Below, in pieces: positions 46,356 to 56,096 of a DNA stretch of 64,000 nucleotides. The DNA comes from Candidatus Micrarchaeota archaeon (GTDB lineage: Archaea > Iainarchaeota > Iainarchaeia > JAADDC01). The first letter of the stretch is position 1; each line of letters begins with the position of its first letter. The DNA is taken from NCBI GenBank assembly GCA_027046625.1, contig JALTXX010000016.1, forward strand, positions 32,001 to 96,000, given 5' to 3'. The notes below the pieces were generated by a model. The model worked only from the letters and a program-made list of their open reading frames with translations. It made no database searches and was not told where the DNA came from. The position numbers and the translations under genes are program-made.

Positions 46356-47315
46356 TTGTTTTGCATAAAAATGTTTATAGGCATAGTTCTTGATGTGAAG
46401 GAGCTCCTCAAACGCTTTCAAACTAAGGAATATGGAAATGTATACCACATTATCTACAAGGACGAAGAGGTGGATAAGTGGCTACCCCATCTAGAAAATC
46501 AGCTGAACTTCCCTATAAAGGGATATAAAATAGAAAAAGGCCCTAATCCAAGGCTTTTCCTTGTCAAAGAATCCAAAAACGACGGAAAGAAGCTATGGTC
46601 AAGTGGAGTGATGCTAGAACTAAAGGATGATAATGTAAATACGTATGTTTTTTCCGAGTTTGCACATATCTATCCTACCAACAGGCTTCCCCTATCCTTG
46701 AAGTATATCAGATCTCAGGCCCCCTCCTTCAAGATAGATGTGTGGCATTCTGAGGCGCCGGCGGTGGAAGGGAGAGTTCTTCTAAAGGTAGAATCGCCTT
46801 CACATCTTCATAGTGCCCTTGAAAGAGTTGAAGAGGTAAAGGATCAGCTTGTTGCTCTTACATCTCTTGATAGAAAGGGATTGGAGAGTAGTGTGGTACA
46901 TGGAGCAAGAAATGTAAAAGATTTGTTGGACAGACTTTCCCATATTGAAATAAAAAGAGCACTAGTTGTTGGAAAGGAGGAAGAACCCTCTATTGACATA
47001 GACTATGTACCTATCAGTAAAGAATTGGAGGAGGAAATGCAGAGGATTGCACGGCAAGAGGGACTGAAAAACCCTCAGATAAGGGTTGTAAAGATACCAT
47101 GGACAAATACCATATATGCAGAGGCCAGGGAGAAGTTTGGAGATCATATAAGGATGGTACGGATAGATAGTAAGGGAAGGCTACTGAGAGGTATAGAGGT
47201 TGAAGGATATGACAATATTCCCTCTGACGTAGAAAGTATAAGGTTAAACAGGCGCCTGCAAATATTCTCTCCTGTCTACCCCTTTGAAGAGTTGCTGGCA
47301 AAGGTGAGGAAATGA
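46356..47315 (+). CDS. Hypothetical protein
   Basis: 319-aa ORF, ATGA-coupled to the AGOG gene; no motif recognised; start uncertain. Confidence 0.65.
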   Translation: MFCIKMFIGIVLDVKELLKRFQTKEYGNVYHIIYKDEEVDKWLPHLENQLNFPIKGYKIEKGPNPRLFLVKESKNDGKKLWSSGVMLELKDDNVNTYVFSEFAHIYPTNRLPLSLKYIRSQAPSFKIDVWHSEAPAVEGRVLLKVESPSHLHSALERVEEVKDQLVALTSLDRKGLESSVVHGARNVKDLLDRLSHIEIKRALVVGKEEEPSIDIDYVPISKELEEEMQRIARQEGLKNPQIRVVKIPWTNTIYAEAREKFGDHIRMVRIDSKGRLLRGIEVEGYDNIPSDVESIRLNRRLQIFSPVYPFEELLAKVRK

Positions 47316-48052
47316 ACATAGAAGACATAATAAGAAGTGTGGGTGTGGAGGGAGCAAGGTGGCTGGAAGAGAATGTAGACGAGCAGTACAAAGCATTGCA
47401 ATATCTGAGTGATCATGAAAGGTTTCTGGAGCTTGTAACAGCGGCGGCCTTTATCTCCTTTCAATTATCTGGTAGTGCAGAGGATTGGTGGTGGGAGTTC
47501 GCCCGCTGGTTTAAGGGAAGGAGTGTTAGAGATATATACGAGGCTTTTAGGATATTTCTACCCTTATCAAAGAATAATAGCAGGCTGTTGGATGTTAAGC
47601 TAAAACGATTAAAGCTATTTGTTGAGTTTCTAAATAAGCGTCCTCTTGAAACCTATAGAAGCGACTTTCTAGCTCTCTATAACGATATAATGTCATTTTT
47701 TGGCTATAGAAAACCCATGAAAACAGTTAGCTTTAGCGTGAAAATGTATGGTTATGCATGGAGGATATGGAATGGCTTTGCTCCATACCCTATGGAGATC
47801 CCCATCCCCCTCGATAGAAGAATAGAGCATATATCACGGCTTTTGGGTATGAGGGACCCCATAAGGGAATGGTACCTTGCCTCAAGGAGAACAGGAGTTC
47901 CCCCGCTACACCTAGACACTATCCTGTGGGTACCCTTCTACAAACCTGCAAAAAATCAAGTAATAGCAAAGTTTCCAGAAATGAAGCCTATTTATGAGTT
48001 ATTGGAGGAGGAACCGCCTCCAAAACGTGCTGCCAATCTCCTTGAGTCTTAG
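47312..48052 (+). CDS. Archaeal 8-oxoguanine N-glycosylase/lyase (AGOG)
   Basis: SFQLSG..E.WW.EF, KTV.F.VKM.GY, IPIP.D.R and PPLHLD..LW motifs. Confidence 0.9.
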   Translation: MNIEDIIRSVGVEGARWLEENVDEQYKALQYLSDHERFLELVTAAAFISFQLSGSAEDWWWEFARWFKGRSVRDIYEAFRIFLPLSKNNSRLLDVKLKRLKLFVEFLNKRPLETYRSDFLALYNDIMSFFGYRKPMKTVSFSVKMYGYAWRIWNGFAPYPMEIPIPLDRRIEHISRLLGMRDPIREWYLASRRTGVPPLHLDTILWVPFYKPAKNQVIAKFPEMKPIYELLEEEPPPKRAANLLES

Positions 48053-48826
48053 GCCAAGATGAGTAGGCGGAGGAGAGGCTGCCCCTATAAGTATATCTTC
48101 ATCCCTTAGAATAAAGCCTACCTTTGTATACTCCTCCAATGCATGAGAAAGCAGCTTAAGCTCCTCATCCTCATGGGAAAGGAACACAGCTCTCCCTCCA
48201 AAGTAGATACCCTCACTATCCACAGATACCTTTAACCCTACTATATCTACGCACCTCCGTACACTAGAAACTAATGCAGAGCCGAAGAGTGAATCCTTTT
48301 CCCAGTTGGGCACTATAAAATGGGGAGTGGGATTGCCCAACAGGAAAATAACCATACCACATTCTTTCCCTATAATTTCGACATGTTTTCTCCCCCTCTC
48401 AGTTGGTGCGTCTGGAAACAATGCAGTATCTCCCCTAAAGAGGGTTACCCCCTTTACTTCTATGAGGGTATTACCAACTTTGAAGTCTATACGATGGCGA
48501 TCTACTTTAATCTCTTGCTCAGAGTGTGAAAGAAGAGAGGAAACTATGTAATTATGGAACCCACTATTAATGAGTATCCATCCATACCCCTCCCTCCACC
48601 CTGCTACCACTTCATATTTGTATTTGCCACTATTCTTTTCCCTCAGAAGAAGAGAAGTTCCTGGCTTCAGGATTTCGCTAAGTCTTCCTGTTTCCCTCAG
48701 GTGTGCAAAGGTTTCCCTTCCGCGAAAGAGGATTTTAACTACAAATCTGTTTACCCTCTCCAGAAATACACCCCTGTCTGTTTCTAGAGGAAGTATAATC
48801 TTTCCTACCCTGGGAAACCTAAACAC
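47999..48826 (-). CDS. sfsA: SfsA-family nuclease-like protein
   Basis: R.NRF, H...TGR..E, RIDF, IEVKGVTL and FPDAPT.RG.KH motifs. Confidence 0.9.
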   Translation of the reverse strand: MFRFPRVGKIILPLETDRGVFLERVNRFVVKILFRGRETFAHLRETGRLSEILKPGTSLLLREKNSGKYKYEVVAGWREGYGWILINSGFHNYIVSSLLSHSEQEIKVDRHRIDFKVGNTLIEVKGVTLFRGDTALFPDAPTERGRKHVEIIGKECGMVIFLLGNPTPHFIVPNWEKDSLFGSALVSSVRRCVDIVGLKVSVDSEGIYFGGRAVFLSHEDEELKLLSHALEEYTKVGFILRDEDILIGAASPPPTHLGLRLKEIGSTFWRRFLLQ

Positions 48827-48879
48827 CTAAAGAGTGGAGGTGCATAGCTTTAAAGTTTCCTTGCCTACACTTGAAGGGA

Positions 48880-48954
48880 GGACCCGTAGCCCAGCCTGGA
48901 TAGGGCGTCGGCCTTCTAAGCCGAAGGTCGGGGGTTCAAATCCCCCCGGGTCCG
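48880..48954 (+). tRNA. tRNA-Arg (anticodon TCT)
   Basis: GGACCCG/CGGGTCC acceptor; TCGGC-CT-TCT-AA-GCCGA anticodon arm. Confidence 0.96.
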
Positions 48955-48957
48955 CTA

Positions 48958-50472
48958 CTACTCTAGTAGTTTCTTAAGCTCTGGAAACATCTCCACAACG
49001 AGCTCTACCTCTTTCTCTGGTGCCATGGCAGGGAATAGGATAACCTCCTTGAGGCTTTCTGTATTAGCTACAAGCATAAATAACCTAGACAGCCCTATAC
49101 CTATCCCTCCTGTGGGAGGCATGCCATACTCCAACGCCCTTACAAAGTCCCTATCCATGGGCATATACTCCAGTCCCTCCTTTTTTATCTGCTTCCTCAG
49201 TTCTTCCTCCTCTCTGAATCTTTCGTACTGCTCTACAGGATTGTTTAGCTCTGTATATGCGTTGGCAAACTCCACACCCCTTATAAACAGCTCAAACCTT
49301 TCCACATACCTTGGATCCTCGCTCCTCTTTGCAAGAGGCGAAATATCAACAGGATAGTGGGTTACAAAGGTGGGATCTGTAAGATGGGGCGCTACATAGT
49401 GATCAAACAGCTTTTCTACAGCCTCTCCATACCTTACTACATCATACCCCAGTTTCTGCGCCTCCTTAACTACCTTTTCCTCCTCCATACTATCCACATC
49501 AGGACCTCCATATTCTGCTATCGCATCCACCATCTTTACCCTCTTCCAGGGCTTCCTAAAATCTATGGTAGTGTTTCCCCATTCCACTGTAAGATCCCCT
49601 TTGGTATCTTTTATGATGGTTGTGATGTAATCCTCTGCCAAATCCATCATATCTCTATAATCTGCGTATGCCCAGTAAGCCTCTATCTGGTAGAACTCTG
49701 GATTGTGTGTAGCATCGACGTCTTCATTTCTAAAGTTTACTGAAACCTCGTAAACCTTCTCAAAACCCCCAACAATAAGCCTCTTTAGGTAGAGTTCAGG
49801 GGAGATGCGGAGGTACATGGGAGTGTCCAAGAAGTGGTGATATGTCTTGAAGGGTCGTGCAAAGGCACCACCATAAACAGGTTGTAATATGGGTGTAAGT
49901 ACCTCTATAAATCCCCTTTCGTTGAAAAACTCCCTAGTTTTATGGAGAATCTTATGTATTAGCACGAAGTTTTTCCTTACCCCTTCGTTTAGAATGAGAT
50001 CAACATACCTTTCCCTGTATCTCCTTTCCACATCCTTTAGACCGAACCATTCGTCTGGAAGAGGTCTTAAAGCCTTAGAAAGGATACGTAGCTCCCTTGC
50101 AAGGATGCTGATCTCTCCCCTCTTTGTTCTTATTACCCTTCCCTCCGCTCCGACGATGTCTCCCCTGTCAAGGTGAGAGATGAGGGAAAAGTTTTCTGTT
50201 ACGTCCGACCTTGCTACTACCTGGATGTTCCCCTTTTCGTCCCTCACATCAAGGAATGCTATCTTACCATGCTCCCTCATGGACATAATCCTTCCGGCTA
50301 CTCTTTGTATATCCTCCGTCTCTTCCCCATTGGAAAGAAAGGAATACCTCTCCTTTATGTCCGATGAGAAGGCGGTCTTTTCGTATCTTTTCTCCTTAAA
50401 AGGGTTTATACCCTTTGAGAGGAGGGAAAGTAGCTTTCTAACCCTTTCTGCGGCCAGATCCTTGAGTGCCAT
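48958..50472 (-). CDS. lysS: Lysine--tRNA ligase, class II
   Basis: OB fold (AGRIMS.R.HGK), RYRERYVDL, FRNE..D.THNPEF and EYGMPPTGGIGIG motifs; start set at MALKDL. Confidence 0.96.
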   Translation of the reverse strand: MALKDLAAERVRKLLSLLSKGINPFKEKRYEKTAFSSDIKERYSFLSNGEETEDIQRVAGRIMSMREHGKIAFLDVRDEKGNIQVVARSDVTENFSLISHLDRGDIVGAEGRVIRTKRGEISILARELRILSKALRPLPDEWFGLKDVERRYRERYVDLILNEGVRKNFVLIHKILHKTREFFNERGFIEVLTPILQPVYGGAFARPFKTYHHFLDTPMYLRISPELYLKRLIVGGFEKVYEVSVNFRNEDVDATHNPEFYQIEAYWAYADYRDMMDLAEDYITTIIKDTKGDLTVEWGNTTIDFRKPWKRVKMVDAIAEYGGPDVDSMEEEKVVKEAQKLGYDVVRYGEAVEKLFDHYVAPHLTDPTFVTHYPVDISPLAKRSEDPRYVERFELFIRGVEFANAYTELNNPVEQYERFREEEELRKQIKKEGLEYMPMDRDFVRALEYGMPPTGGIGIGLSRLFMLVANTESLKEVILFPAMAPEKEVELVVEMFPELKKLLE

Positions 50473-50521
50473 AGAAGGATGATGCCCCATGGTATTTAAA
50501 ACGGTACATCCAAATTCTTCT

Positions 50522-52159
50522 GTGGAGCTGGAGGAGCTCATATATAAGTACGCTCTCAAAAATGCGGTGGAGCATGGAGGAAGGGCAGATGAGGGAGCTG
50601 TAATAGGAAAGGTGGTAGCAGAGGCTCCCGAGGTGCGCAAACACATAAAAAATATTCTTCCTCTTGTGAGGGATATAGTTTCTAGGGTAAACAGCATGAG
50701 TATAGAGGAGCAAAAGAAGGAATTATCACGTTTCCACTTTGAAGAACCAAAGAAGGAGGAAAAGGAAGATCTACCCCCACTGGAAGGCAAACTCCCCCCA
50801 GTACTAAGATTTGCCCCAGAACCAGGAGGATTTATACACATAGGAAACCTTAGAGCAGCTATAGTAAACCATCTATATGCAGAAAAGTACAAAGGAACCT
50901 TCATTTTACGCTACGATGACACAAATCCCCGCAATGTAAAACTTGTTTACTATGATGCCATAAAAGAGGACCTGGAAGCTCTTGGTATAAAGATACATAG
51001 AATAGTTTACCAGTCTGACAGGATTGATGTGTATCTGGAATATTTGAAGAAGCTACTGGAAGATGGGCATGCGTATGCATCTTTCGAGCAAAATATATCA
51101 GAGAAAAGGAAGGATGGCGTTCCATTTGAAGGAAGGGATAGAGCTCCTGAGGAAAACCTTGAAATAATGGATAAAATACTGGAAGGAGAGTATAGAGAGG
51201 GTGAGGTAGCCTTTTTCCTAAAAACAGACCCCTCTCACCCCAATCCTGTGCTGAGGGATCCAGGCATTTTTAGAATAGTGGATGCCCCCCATCCAAGAAC
51301 GGGCTGGAAGTACCGTCTATACCCCACCTACAATTTTGCATCTGCCATAGATGATGGAACCCTTGGGGTAACCCATGTTTTTAGAGGAAAGGACCATGAA
51401 AACAACGGAAAGGTACAGAGAACTATCCAGGAGATACTATCCCTTGAAATTCCCTATACAGTGGCGTTTGGGAGGTTAAATGTTGATGAGGGAGAGTTCC
51501 TTGTAGGTTTGAGCAAGCGAAGGATAAGGCAGGCCCTAAAGGATGGAATTATAGATGGATGGGATCATCCAGGCCTTTTAACCGTTAGATCTCTCCTGGA
51601 AAGAGGTATTCTTCCCCAATCCTTTATGGAATTTTACCGGTTAATTGGTATAAAAAAGACCGACATCCTTCTGAAGATGGATAACATCTATTCCATAAAC
51701 AGAAAATTCTTAGACAAGAAGGCAAGAAGGGTTTTCTTCCTTGAAGAACCATACGAGATAGTGCTTGATGCACCAGAGAGGGAAGTGAGCATCCCCTGGC
51801 ATCCGGACATAGATATGGGAAACCGTGTGTACAAGGTGAATAAACGAATATTCATCGATAAAAAGGATGTTAAGGAAAGAGTGCGCCTAAAATATCTCTT
51901 CAATATAGAAATAGAGAAGAACAGGGGACGATACATAGGTGACGATCCCTCTCTCACACCTCGCATCCACTGGATACCCGATATAGAACCCATAGAGGGA
52001 ACAGTCCTCTTTCCCTCGGGGAAAAGGGTAGATGGATTGTTGGAGTTCTGGGCTCAAACCCTGAAGGAGGGGGAGATAGTGCAGCTTGACAGGCTGTACT
52101 TTGTGAGGGTGAAGAGGAACAACGGGGAAAAGGTATTAATGTACTATACCCATAAATGA
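50522..52159 (+). CDS. gltX: Glutamate--tRNA ligase, archaeal type
   Basis: YALKNA..H.G, RFAPEP.G..HIGN, DDTNP, LSKR and GWD.P motifs; start set at GTG 50522. Confidence 0.95.
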   Translation: MELEELIYKYALKNAVEHGGRADEGAVIGKVVAEAPEVRKHIKNILPLVRDIVSRVNSMSIEEQKKELSRFHFEEPKKEEKEDLPPLEGKLPPVLRFAPEPGGFIHIGNLRAAIVNHLYAEKYKGTFILRYDDTNPRNVKLVYYDAIKEDLEALGIKIHRIVYQSDRIDVYLEYLKKLLEDGHAYASFEQNISEKRKDGVPFEGRDRAPEENLEIMDKILEGEYREGEVAFFLKTDPSHPNPVLRDPGIFRIVDAPHPRTGWKYRLYPTYNFASAIDDGTLGVTHVFRGKDHENNGKVQRTIQEILSLEIPYTVAFGRLNVDEGEFLVGLSKRRIRQALKDGIIDGWDHPGLLTVRSLLERGILPQSFMEFYRLIGIKKTDILLKMDNIYSINRKFLDKKARRVFFLEEPYEIVLDAPEREVSIPWHPDIDMGNRVYKVNKRIFIDKKDVKERVRLKYLFNIEIEKNRGRYIGDDPSLTPRIHWIPDIEPIEGTVLFPSGKRVDGLLEFWAQTLKEGEIVQLDRLYFVRVKRNNGEKVLMYYTHK

Positions 52160-52163
52160 TAAT

Positions 52164-53087
52164 ATGGAACTGAAGAGAGATATCGTACTTCTTATCCTAT
52201 CCCTTCCGATTCTGCTTCTATCCTTCTTCCTTTCCTATTCTTCCCCCCTACCACTCGAACTATTCCTCCGTCTTGACACTCTTCTCTCTCCATCCATATG
52301 GCTTCATCTCATCCTCGTCATTTCTCTTACCCTCATAGGAGGCTACATTCTAACCTATATAAGGGACAAGCGTCTCCTCTACGGAGCCTGGCTGCTCCTC
52401 ATATCTGTATCTCTTATAACACTCCTTCCCTCTGACGATATAGATAACCTTGCCTACACTTCTATTCTTATAACATCTGTGCTCGCAGCCGGCAGAGAAC
52501 CAAAAGGAATATTAGATATTTGGAGCCGGCTGCGAGCAGAAAAAAGTTTCTCTACCATCGTGCTAATTGTTTTGTTATTGTGGGTGGTTCTTCCTAATAA
52601 GGGGTTTTATAACAACATGGTTATAGATTCCACTTTGGATGTGGTTAACAGCTTTTCTTTAACCCCAGAGAATACCAAGAATATAATATCTTCCATTATT
52701 TCTACTGAGCTAACAGAGGAGGACAGGCGATTAATAAGAGAGTACGTCCAGTCTTTGCCTGAGTGGAATTATCTAACCCCGGAACAGCGTGACGAGTTCA
52801 TTTCCCGCCTTGAAAGAGAGCTTGTAAACCAGAAGAAGCTTATAAAGGAGTCCATAGAACGGTCTTTGAACCTTAGTAACGTGAAATTGGATAAGGAAAC
52901 CCTTCTCTCCATTGTTTCATCCTCCCCTCAACTAAGGAGTGTCTTCGAATCCCTCTACATATTCCTTCTCCTTGTAGCTTTGGCCACCTTTTCCATCGCA
53001 TCAGAAGTGGCCTCTCTCATTTCCTTCCTTCTCATAGTGATCCCAGAATATCTTAGGATTAGAAAGGCTCACTCCTCCTCCACATAG
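52164..53087 (+). CDS. Hypothetical membrane protein
   Basis: Five N-terminal TM helices, a soluble helical loop and a C-terminal TM. Confidence 0.7.
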   Translation: MELKRDIVLLILSLPILLLSFFLSYSSPLPLELFLRLDTLLSPSIWLHLILVISLTLIGGYILTYIRDKRLLYGAWLLLISVSLITLLPSDDIDNLAYTSILITSVLAAGREPKGILDIWSRLRAEKSFSTIVLIVLLLWVVLPNKGFYNNMVIDSTLDVVNSFSLTPENTKNIISSIISTELTEEDRRLIREYVQSLPEWNYLTPEQRDEFISRLERELVNQKKLIKESIERSLNLSNVKLDKETLLSIVSSSPQLRSVFESLYIFLLLVALATFSIASEVASLISFLLIVIPEYLRIRKAHSSST

Positions 53088-53851
53088 ATGTTGTTCCCCA
53101 CAACTTTTATCTCTCTGAAGTTACCATTCACTTCTACAAGTACTTCCCAACCGCCTTCCTCTGGTTTTACATAGCGTATGTTTACCTCCCCTAGTTGGCT
53201 TCTAACCAGGTTTGCTATATCATCCACGGGATTTGTTGGTTCCCCAGTAACAGATCCGTTTAGATCTCCTATATAATAATTGCTGAGCAGCTGATATGCA
53301 AACGTGGAATGGGGTTTCCCTACAAATGCAGCGGTAGCATCCTTCCCACAGTAGGGTAGAATAGCATCTTTCCCTCCTGGATGATAGTTAATGTATGAGG
53401 TTACGTCGTATACCTTTCCTTCTACTATGATCCAGCAATCGTTTTCGCTGTTGTGTTTAGCTATCTCCTCAGGAGTAAGAGATCCAGCTTCAGAAGGGCT
53501 GGAGGCAGCCCTTAACGAAGATGCTGGCACTGTAGGAGCCGCTGGGGAGAAGTAGAGGATGAAAAAGCCCAGATAAAGCAGGGTATATATTACTGTAAAA
53601 GGTAGAATGAACCTTTCCAACTTTCTTTTCTTTAACATTAGGTGTATTCCTCCAAGGGAATGAACAAATGCTACTATTGCAAGTATGGGAGTTATAGTTA
53701 TGTGAAAGTTTCTTGCAAGAATGGATACTTCCCCTCCTTTTAGACTCAGAGCTCCAGAATAAAGTGTAAGTATGAGAATTAGCCCAACTATTACGCCGCT
53801 AATTTCCACAGTCTTATAAAGTAGTAAGGACATACCGAGAAATAGTTCCAC
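53069..53851 (-). CDS. Membrane protein with a cytochrome b5-like heme-binding domain
   Basis: [32 protein letters not shown] and HS motifs; three TM helices with His residues upstream. Confidence 0.88.
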   Translation of the reverse strand: MELFLGMSLLLYKTVEISGVIVGLILILTLYSGALSLKGGEVSILARNFHITITPILAIVAFVHSLGGIHLMLKKRKLERFILPFTVIYTLLYLGFFILYFSPAAPTVPASSLRAASSPSEAGSLTPEEIAKHNSENDCWIIVEGKVYDVTSYINYHPGGKDAILPYCGKDATAAFVGKPHSTFAYQLLSNYYIGDLNGSVTGEPTNPVDDIANLVRSQLGEVNIRYVKPEEGGWEVLVEVNGNFREIKVVGNNIYVEEE

Positions 53852-53874
53852 AAATTCTTAAAGAAGTTTTAGCA

Positions 53875-55085
53875 TTGGTTAACCCTGTGAACGCCATACA
53901 GGCCCACCGCCTCCACAGGGGAAAGATTGCCATATCACCCAAGGTACAAATAGAGGGAAAATTACATATCTGGTACACGCCGGGTGTTGCAGAGGTAAGT
54001 AAACATATATATTCCAATCCAGACGATAGCTTTGAGCTGACGTGGAGAGGCAACACAGTTGCTGTAATATCTGATGGCACCCGAGTGTTGGGGTTGGGTA
54101 ATATAGGCCCTGAAGCTGCTCTGCCGGTAATGGAAGGCAAAGCACACTTTTGTTCAAGCATTTCGGAGGAGTGGATGCAGTACCCCTGGTGCTAAACGAG
54201 AGGGATGAAGAAAAATTGTTTCACATCATTTCTTCCCTTGCTCCTTCCTTTGGTGGTATAAATCTTGAGGACATAGAAACACCCAAGTGTTTCCACCTTC
54301 TTGACAAGCTAAGAGAATCCCTCCCCATCCCTGTTTTTCATGACGACCAGCAAGGCACAGCCACCGTAGTGTTGGGTGCACTCATAAACGCCACTAAACT
54401 TGTAGGTAAGGATATATACTCTTCAAAGATAGTGCTGTATGGTGCGGGAGCTGCAAACAGAGGACTATACAAGCTCCTTCTGGCCTTTGGGGTAAAGAAA
54501 GAGAACATTGTAGTGATTGACTCAAAGGGTGTAATAAGTATGGAGAGGGATGATGTTAGGGGGACCTACAAGGAGGAGATGATCCATCCCAGTATTACAT
54601 CCTTAGAAGAAGCATTCTCTGGTGCTGACATCCTTGTAGCAGCTTCAAAACCAACCCCCGGTATTATCTCAGAGAAATATCTTCTAAAGATGGACAATCC
54701 CATTATCTTCTCCCTCGCAAATCCCACTCCAGAGGTGGATATAGAAACTGCTAGAAGAGTAGGAGCTTCGGTGTATGCTACGGGGAGAAGCGACCTCCCC
54801 AACCAGGTAAACAATGTGCTGGCATTTCCTGCCATCTTTAGGGGTATTCTAACGGTAAGAGCCAAAAGCATCCCAGACGAAATACTAATAGAAGCCGCAA
54901 GGAGCATTGCCTCCTACTCTGAGAGATACCTTCCAAGCAGGATTGTAGCCCCTGCTGAGGATAAAGAACTTTATCTACACGAATCTATTTCTGTGGCTAA
55001 AAGGGCAATGGAGTTAGGCATAGCTCGGAGAAAATTATCCTCCTCGGAGTTAGAAGAGGAAATAAGAAGGTACCTGGGGTTGTAG
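53875..55085 (+). pseudogene. NAD(P)-dependent malic enzyme split by a frameshift
   Basis: ORF1 has [18 protein letters not shown] and VMEGKA; ORF2 has [26 protein letters not shown] and NQVNN; extra CA at 54145-54146. Confidence 0.88.
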
Positions 55086-55086
55086 C

Positions 55087-55854
55087 ATGGATTCAACATT
55101 ATTTTTCCTTCTGTCTGTATATTTAGGTAACCCACCAGTTTGGCATTACCAGCTGCAGAGTTATACATGCCCCCTTTCTCCCCTCCCACACAAGGTGGTG
55201 GATTTGGACGAATATTCGTGTGATATGAGAGGAATAACACTTGCATACATATCTATTGGTGAGGCAGAAGACTACAGGAAATATTGGACCTCTCTTCCAA
55301 AGGATATCATTGTAGAGGAGAATCCAGAGTGGAAAGGCAATTATACTGTTCGTTTCTGGGATGATAGGTGGAAAAAGGTTGTGTTTTCTCGCGTTCAAAA
55401 GGCCATAGATAGGGGTTTTTCTGGAGTGTATCTGGATAAGGTGGATGTGTATGAGGAGATTGGCGAAGCAGAAAGGATGGTGGTGCTTATATGCCAGATA
55501 TCAAATTTTGCAAAGTCAAAACGTCCAGATTTTCTAGTCTTTGTGCAGAATGGACTTGATTTATACCCAAAGATAAGGAACTGTATTGATGGTATAGGAA
55601 AGGAAGATACCTGGTTCTTTGATGATGAAGAAATTGATGCTAATACTTCCATTCTTAGAATGGCCAAGAGAGATGACAAGATAGTGATGTTGGTAGACTA
55701 CCCCACACTTCCTCACAACCAGATCAAATTCTATCGAAGGTGTATAGGAGAAGGCTTTCTTTGCACGGTTAGTAACAGAGAACTAAACCTTCCACACCCT
55801 CTTTATCCACTCCTATGGCATCCTAAACAGTTAAAAACACTTTACACCCCATGA
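55087..55854 (+). CDS. GH114-like (MJ1477/TM1410 family) putative glycoside hydrolase
   Basis: W.YQLQ, YISIGEAEDYR.YW, W.GNY, GF.GVYLD.VD, QNG and KED motifs. Confidence 0.85.
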   Translation: MDSTLFFLLSVYLGNPPVWHYQLQSYTCPLSPLPHKVVDLDEYSCDMRGITLAYISIGEAEDYRKYWTSLPKDIIVEENPEWKGNYTVRFWDDRWKKVVFSRVQKAIDRGFSGVYLDKVDVYEEIGEAERMVVLICQISNFAKSKRPDFLVFVQNGLDLYPKIRNCIDGIGKEDTWFFDDEEIDANTSILRMAKRDDKIVMLVDYPTLPHNQIKFYRRCIGEGFLCTVSNRELNLPHPLYPLLWHPKQLKTLYTP

Positions 55855-55862
55855 GATGTGGG

Positions 55863-55938
<76 letters not shown>

Positions 55939-55955
55939 TTGTCGAACCTTACTTC

Positions 55956-56072
55956 GTTGATTACCGCACATAGCCACAACACATAAAAACCACCATACCT
56001 ATCATCCCCACCATGACAGACTACGACCCAAACGACCCATCCAACCAGGACAACTACGGCCACGGGGATTGA
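55956..56072 (+). pseudogene. Degraded subtilase (S8)-like gene fragment
   Basis: Single frame VDYRT*PQHIKTTIPIIPTMTDYDPNDPSNQDNYGHGD*, resembling DTGVDY...D.NGHGT. Confidence 0.5.
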
Positions 56073-56096
56073 TTTCTTCCCTTTCTTTTTTGTATG

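Noticed and set aside
50473-50904. N-terminal extension of LysRS in the ORF track, and similar extensions of trm11, truD, taw3, rnhB, pilin 2 and the giant protein
   Set aside because: They overlap well-supported genes or promoters, lack family features, and TATA spacing favours the shorter starts
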